Shown here piece after piece: positions 53,608 to 57,594 of a stretch of 57,594 bases of DNA. A program made the position numbers and the translations under genes. Origin of the DNA: Armatimonadota bacterium. Its GTDB lineage: Bacteria; Armatimonadota; UBA10988. The notes under the pieces are model-generated. The model saw only the letters and a program-made list of their open reading frames with translations, did no database searches and was not told where the DNA came from. The DNA is taken from positions 1 to 57,594 of the forward strand of contig JACRKZ010000047.1 in NCBI GenBank assembly GCA_016235455.1, written 5' to 3'. Numbering within the stretch: the first letter of the stretch is position 1; every line of letters begins with the position of its first letter.

Positions 53608-56600
53608 AGGGCCCACTCGCCCCACAGCGCCGGCGTCAGGTCGGCCTCGCCCGGGATATCGTTGACCAGGCCCGTGGCCTTGTTGGACCAGTACCAGCGC
53701 GCCGAGGTCGTCGTCCCGCCGGCATCGGCCTGGAGCACGCCCACATCGGCCGCGACCTTCAGGCCTGACCGTGGCGTCAGGCCCAGCACGGACCACGGCA
53801 CCGCTGCTTCGATCACGTAGCCGCCGCCCGCGGCAGCCGTGACCATGCGCACCTCGGCCGCCTGCGTAACTCGCTCGAAGCGGATGGTGCGCCAGGGCGA
53901 GCTGAAGTCATACGGCGCCTGGGGCTCACCCGCCACACGCTTGATGTTCAGCACGGCGTGTGCCTGGTCACCGGTGACCGTGAGCAGCAGCCGGCGATGG
54001 CCAGCGGCGGCGCGATCCGTGGGGCCGATCATCAGATCCACCGCATCGCCGGTCTTGAACAGCAGGCGCCAGTCCTGTCCGACGTTGCGCGGCCGTCCTT
54101 GGGGCGACCAGACACGCCAGGCGACGTACAGCGCGCTGTCGTCCCACCGCGCCGCCACACGGCCGTAGCGTCGCTGCTCGCTCTCCTCGATGGCCATCGC
54201 CGCGCCGCGAGGCGCGCTGTCGGCCAGCTCGGGCCAGTCCTCGGAGCGGCCGTCGATGGTCGGCGGGGCTGCAGCACGCGCCACGGCGTAGGCCTTGGCC
54301 TCCTGCGTCTTGGCGGCCTTGGCTTGAGCCTTGAGCTGCGCCTCAGCGTACTCGGCGGCCGTCATCTCGAACTCGCCCTGGAAGCGCCGGATGCTGTCCA
54401 GCCCAGTCACCTCCAGCACGCGCGCATCGGTGCCGCCGATGGTCAGCCAGACCCGGCCGTCCTTGGCCCGCGTGAAGTGCCCGCCGAAGGACTCGCCGCC
54501 GGCCGTCGTGCCGTCCATGGCCATGCCGCGGACAGCCTGTTGCGGCGTCTCGAACCCGCCGCGGACGTCTTTGAACATGGACTGGATCCACAGCCCATCG
54601 CGCGTGAACAGGTAGTTCTCACCCAGATTGCCGTTGAGGTCCACGACCTCGCCAATGCCCTGTCCGAACACGGCCGTGCCCAGAATGGACGACGGGCCGA
54701 TAAGGTAGCCGGGCGCCGAGGCGCGCGCCGTATGCGAGCCGTGCACCGACGTGTGATGGTTCGGGTAGCCGCCGAGCACGTGCCCAGCCTTGTCGATGGC
54801 CACCAGGGGATCCTGGTTGAGGTAGAACACGCCGTCCGCGCCACCGACGATCATGCCTTCGCCGTTGCCGGCGCCCAGCACGTCCCAGTCGGCCTTGCGC
54901 ACCACCGGCGCGGCCACGTCGTAGCGCGGTGCGCCGGCTTTGGTGAAGCCGTTCACGGGCAAGGTGTACAGTGCCGATCGCCCACTGGCGATGTAGGCGA
55001 CGGCACCGTTGTCGTCAGGTAGCTGCCCCCAGTAGAAGCTGCGCATGGGCGTCGGTTTGCCGTCGACCGCGGGCGAGCCGAACGTCAGCTCGGCCGGTTG
55101 CACCAGGCCGTCGCCGTTGGCATCGGCCCAGGCGTAAGCCTGGCCGCCGTGGCCGCTGAACATCGGGTCCTTGTACTTGGCCCACTGGTCCACGTAGTCG
55201 CGCTCGGCCACGATGCCCAGATGCGCCACGGAACGCCAGTTGCGGCCGTCGAACAGCGTCACCTGCACCTCATTCGCGCCACGCGCGGTGTCGGTGGTGT
55301 AGAGGTAGGTGCGCCCACTCATGATGACGACCTTGGCCCGGCTGTCCGACGCAGGTGGGAACAGATCGGCGGGATCGTCGCGGCGCGCCAACGAGTAGAC
55401 CGGACGGGCCGCGCCTTTGTCCAGGTCGATGCGGTACACGGTGTTGTCCGAGAAGGCCATGGTCGGGTCAAACGGGTTGATCGACCCGGCACCGGAATAG
55501 GTGGCCGTGCCCGCGAAGTCACGGATCAGCCGGCCATCGGGCGACCAGAGGCTGGTGCGCTTGGGGTTCGTGGAGCCCTCTGGCACCCACAGCCGGCCTT
55601 GACTGTCCAACGCCGGCTGGCCGGGCAGCCTCATACCGTCAGCCAGATAGGCACCGAAGGCTGGTCGACCGCCCAGGCGGCCGATCTCGCGCAGGCGCCG
55701 GCCTTGAGCGTCGAGCACCTTGACGTTCTGGTCACGGCCCTGAACGGTCACGTAAACGCGGCCGTCAGCTCCGGCCGTGATGGCCCTGGCATCGGGCCAG
55801 TCGTTCGCGCCAAACGGCGTGAGCCGACCCTCGCGCGCCACCAGCAGCTTGCCGCCAGACAGGACCAGCAGTCGCCCATCGGGCAGGTAGCAGGCCGAGC
55901 GCGGCTCGTTGACGGCGATCTCGGCTCGCGGCTCGCCGGTGACTCCGTCCAGCAGGCGCACCCGGTTCTCGGCGCGGAGGCAGACGGCGAGTTCGCCCTT
56001 GGGTCCGACGGCGAGGCCGACCAGGTTCTGCCCCACGCGCTCGGTGACCTGCAGGTCGAGCACCTGGCTCTCATGGCCGTCGGCATCACGCGCGGTGCGG
56101 GTCCACGGGCTGTAGCGGCCGGTGGCCATCTCGACCCGGTAGATGATGGCCTGCTTGCCCTCGTTGGCCACCCAGAGCGTGGCGCCGTCGGTGGCCAGGC
56201 TGATGTTGCCGCCGTCGAAGGCGACGCGGTTGGCCAGGCCCCACAGCCGCTGACCCGTCAGGTCGCAGCCGATGAGATGCTTCCCGCCCTCACCCATGGG
56301 ACAGGCCAGCGCGACGAACTTGCCCGCCGCTGCCGCGGCCGCCGGGGCGGTATGGTCGGCATAGAACGCGCCTCGGCCGTCGGGCGTGTCCCAGGTGGGG
56401 TTGCCGGGCGAGGCGAAGCTCATCTGGTAGCGCACGTGGATGCCGCCGTGGTAGAGCGCGCGGTAGCGATAGCGGCCGGGCGGCACGGGCTTGCCGGCAT
56501 CATCCAGGCCGTCCCAGCGCTCGACGTTGTGACCCTTGACGCGCCGGGCGGCGGCGGTCAGGTTGCGCACACGACGGCCGTCAGGCGCATCGATGGCCAA

Positions 56601-57455
56601 GGTGACGCGCGCATCCTTGGGTAGGTCATAGCCGATGGCGACCGGCCCGTCCATGGGCTCGGGGGCCAACGCCGCCTCCCAACTGGCCGGCGGCAGCTTC
56701 AGACCGCCGCGGGGCTCCAGGACGACATCACCCCAGGCATCGCGCGCGGTCCAGAAGAACTCGCGGCTGGCCGCGCCGGCCTGCAGGTTGTCTGCGTACC
56801 TGTGGACCGGCCAGTCGCTCTCGCCCCACAGCAGTTCGACGCCACAGCGCAGCACCTCGCCGACGGCGGGCGCCTTGGCCGAGGTGATCAACGGCCAGGG
56901 CAGGCGCATCTCCTGCACGTAACCGCGCCCGTCTGCATCCTTGACGAAGGCCATGGCCGCGCCGCGGTCCATCTCCCACCCGGCCGTGCGCAGCAGCACC
57001 ATCGCGTCGCCGCCGAACGGTTCGGTCAGGCTCTTGCCGTGCTCGATCTGCAGGGCGGGCTCCATCGTCGGCGCATAGCACCAGGCGGTGACGTGGCTGA
57101 TGACGTCGGTGCGCAGACGCAATTGCACACAGTCGCCGGCCCAGCCCTTGTGGGCCTCGAAGCGCGGGTCGTGGCGGTTGCCCAGCGGTTGCGGGTCCTT
57201 CCAGTGCAGCGCGACGTACAGCGCCTTGGCGTCGTACATCATGGCCACGGTGGCGGAGTAGACGTCGCGCAGGGCCTCCACGTCATAGCACATGAGCGTG
57301 GCACCGGACAGATCCCAGTCGTTCAGGCGACCGTCGATGGACACGGCACCGGGTGCTGGCACGGCGTGGAGGCCGCGAGTGTCGGTTTGGACAGCGCCGG
57401 CCCACGCGCAGAGGACCAGACAGGCGAGCAGGGGGATGGCGTGACGTCGCAGCAC
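53601..57455 (-). CDS. Large exported protein: CBM9-like, FlgD-like Ig, beta-propeller, CBM9-like
   Basis: Signal peptide; IDGRLNDW..MYDAKALYV; GRRVRNL...WDGLDDAGKPVPPGRY (FlgD-Ig); NHL-like repeats; IDGRSEDW..WDDSALYV..IEAAVPW. AGGAG SD before GTG 57455. Confidence 0.85.
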   Translation of the reverse strand: MLRRHAIPLLACLVLCAWAGAVQTDTRGLHAVPAPGAVSIDGRLNDWDLSGATLMCYDVEALRDVYSATVAMMYDAKALYVALHWKDPQPLGNRHDPRFEAHKGWAGDCVQLRLRTDVISHVTAWCYAPTMEPALQIEHGKSLTEPFGGDAMVLLRTAGWEMDRGAAMAFVKDADGRGYVQEMRLPWPLITSAKAPAVGEVLRCGVELLWGESDWPVHRYADNLQAGAASREFFWTARDAWGDVVLEPRGGLKLPPASWEAALAPEPMDGPVAIGYDLPKDARVTLAIDAPDGRRVRNLTAAARRVKGHNVERWDGLDDAGKPVPPGRYRYRALYHGGIHVRYQMSFASPGNPTWDTPDGRGAFYADHTAPAAAAAAGKFVALACPMGEGGKHLIGCDLTGQRLWGLANRVAFDGGNISLATDGATLWVANEGKQAIIYRVEMATGRYSPWTRTARDADGHESQVLDLQVTERVGQNLVGLAVGPKGELAVCLRAENRVRLLDGVTGEPRAEIAVNEPRSACYLPDGRLLVLSGGKLLVAREGRLTPFGANDWPDARAITAGADGRVYVTVQGRDQNVKVLDAQGRRLREIGRLGGRPAFGAYLADGMRLPGQPALDSQGRLWVPEGSTNPKRTSLWSPDGRLIRDFAGTATYSGAGSINPFDPTMAFSDNTVYRIDLDKGAARPVYSLARRDDPADLFPPASDSRAKVVIMSGRTYLYTTDTARGANEVQVTLFDGRNWRSVAHLGIVAERDYVDQWAKYKDPMFSGHGGQAYAWADANGDGLVQPAELTFGSPAVDGKPTPMRSFYWGQLPDDNGAVAYIASGRSALYTLPVNGFTKAGAPRYDVAAPVVRKADWDVLGAGNGEGMIVGGADGVFYLNQDPLVAIDKAGHVLGGYPNHHTSVHGSHTARASAPGYLIGPSSILGTAVFGQGIGEVVDLNGNLGENYLFTRDGLWIQSMFKDVRGGFETPQQAVRGMAMDGTTAGGESFGGHFTRAKDGRVWLTIGGTDARVLEVTGLDSIRRFQGEFEMTAAEYAEAQLKAQAKAAKTQEAKAYAVARAAAPPTIDGRSEDWPELADSAPRGAAMAIEESEQRRYGRVAARWDDSALYVAWRVWSPQGRPRNVGQDWRLLFKTGDAVDLMIGPTDRAAAGHRRLLLTVTGDQAHAVLNIKRVAGEPQAPYDFSSPWRTIRFERVTQAAEVRMVTAAAGGGYVIEAAVPWSVLGLTPRSGLKVAADVGVLQADAGGTTTSARWYWSNKATGLVNDIPGEADLTPALWGEWALQ

Positions 57456-57506
57456 TGGACGAACTCCTGGCCAAGCATCGCTGGACCAGGAGTTCGTGTC
57501 AACCAG

Positions 57507-57594
57507 CTAGTAGTCGAGTTGCGTGAGGCGCGGCAGGCGGCTCTGGCCATGGCCGTTCGTGCCGGCCACCAGGCCCAGCAGATGCTCGCAACCC
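57507..57594 (-). CDS. Probable 3' end of a CDS entering from beyond the window
   Basis: Open frame GCEHLLGLVAGTNGHGQSRLPRLTQLDY ending in TAG at 57509-57507. Confidence 0.45.
   Translation of the reverse strand, partial: GCEHLLGLVAGTNGHGQSRLPRLTQLDY

Overview
High-GC, gene-dense bacterial chromosomal window with no prophage, integrase, transposase or CRISPR array. Gene order, the Gram-positive-type SOS boxes and the many large exported sugar-binding proteins suggest a Terrabacteria lineage such as Armatimonadota (inference only). Left to right: (1) a minus-strand housekeeping run efp-accB-lipoprotein-accC-nusB-xseA-xseB-ispA-dxs-TPR-nadK-recN-methyltransferase-DUF512 radical SAM; (2) an exported metallophosphoesterase; (3) a catalytically dead Y-family (ImuB-like) gene with two LexA boxes, plus a DUF6504-like gene, separated by a nested REP/REPIN-like element; (4) a LacI regulator and an operator-controlled seven-gene operon (GDP-mannose 3,5-epimerase-like, GHMP kinase, tandem nucleotidyltransferase, RbsD/FucU mutarotase, two GH29-type glycosidases, mannose-1-phosphate guanylyltransferase), which reads as a possible Leloir-style, GDP-dependent route for L-galactose or a related L-hexose and is the top finding; (5) serine hydrolase-nagB-nagA; (6) a 7-heme cytochrome c with an adjacent CcmF; (7) prs, a tRNA-Glu/Val/Phe operon and a single-chain tandem CDF transporter; (8) exported proteins, an atypical M24 hydrolase, an intact histidine kinase next to a His-less pseudokinase, rpiB-wecB-uppP-LD-carboxypeptidase, xylA and a 1284-aa exported multidomain protein. 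Product calls come from reading motifs by eye; no database search was run.
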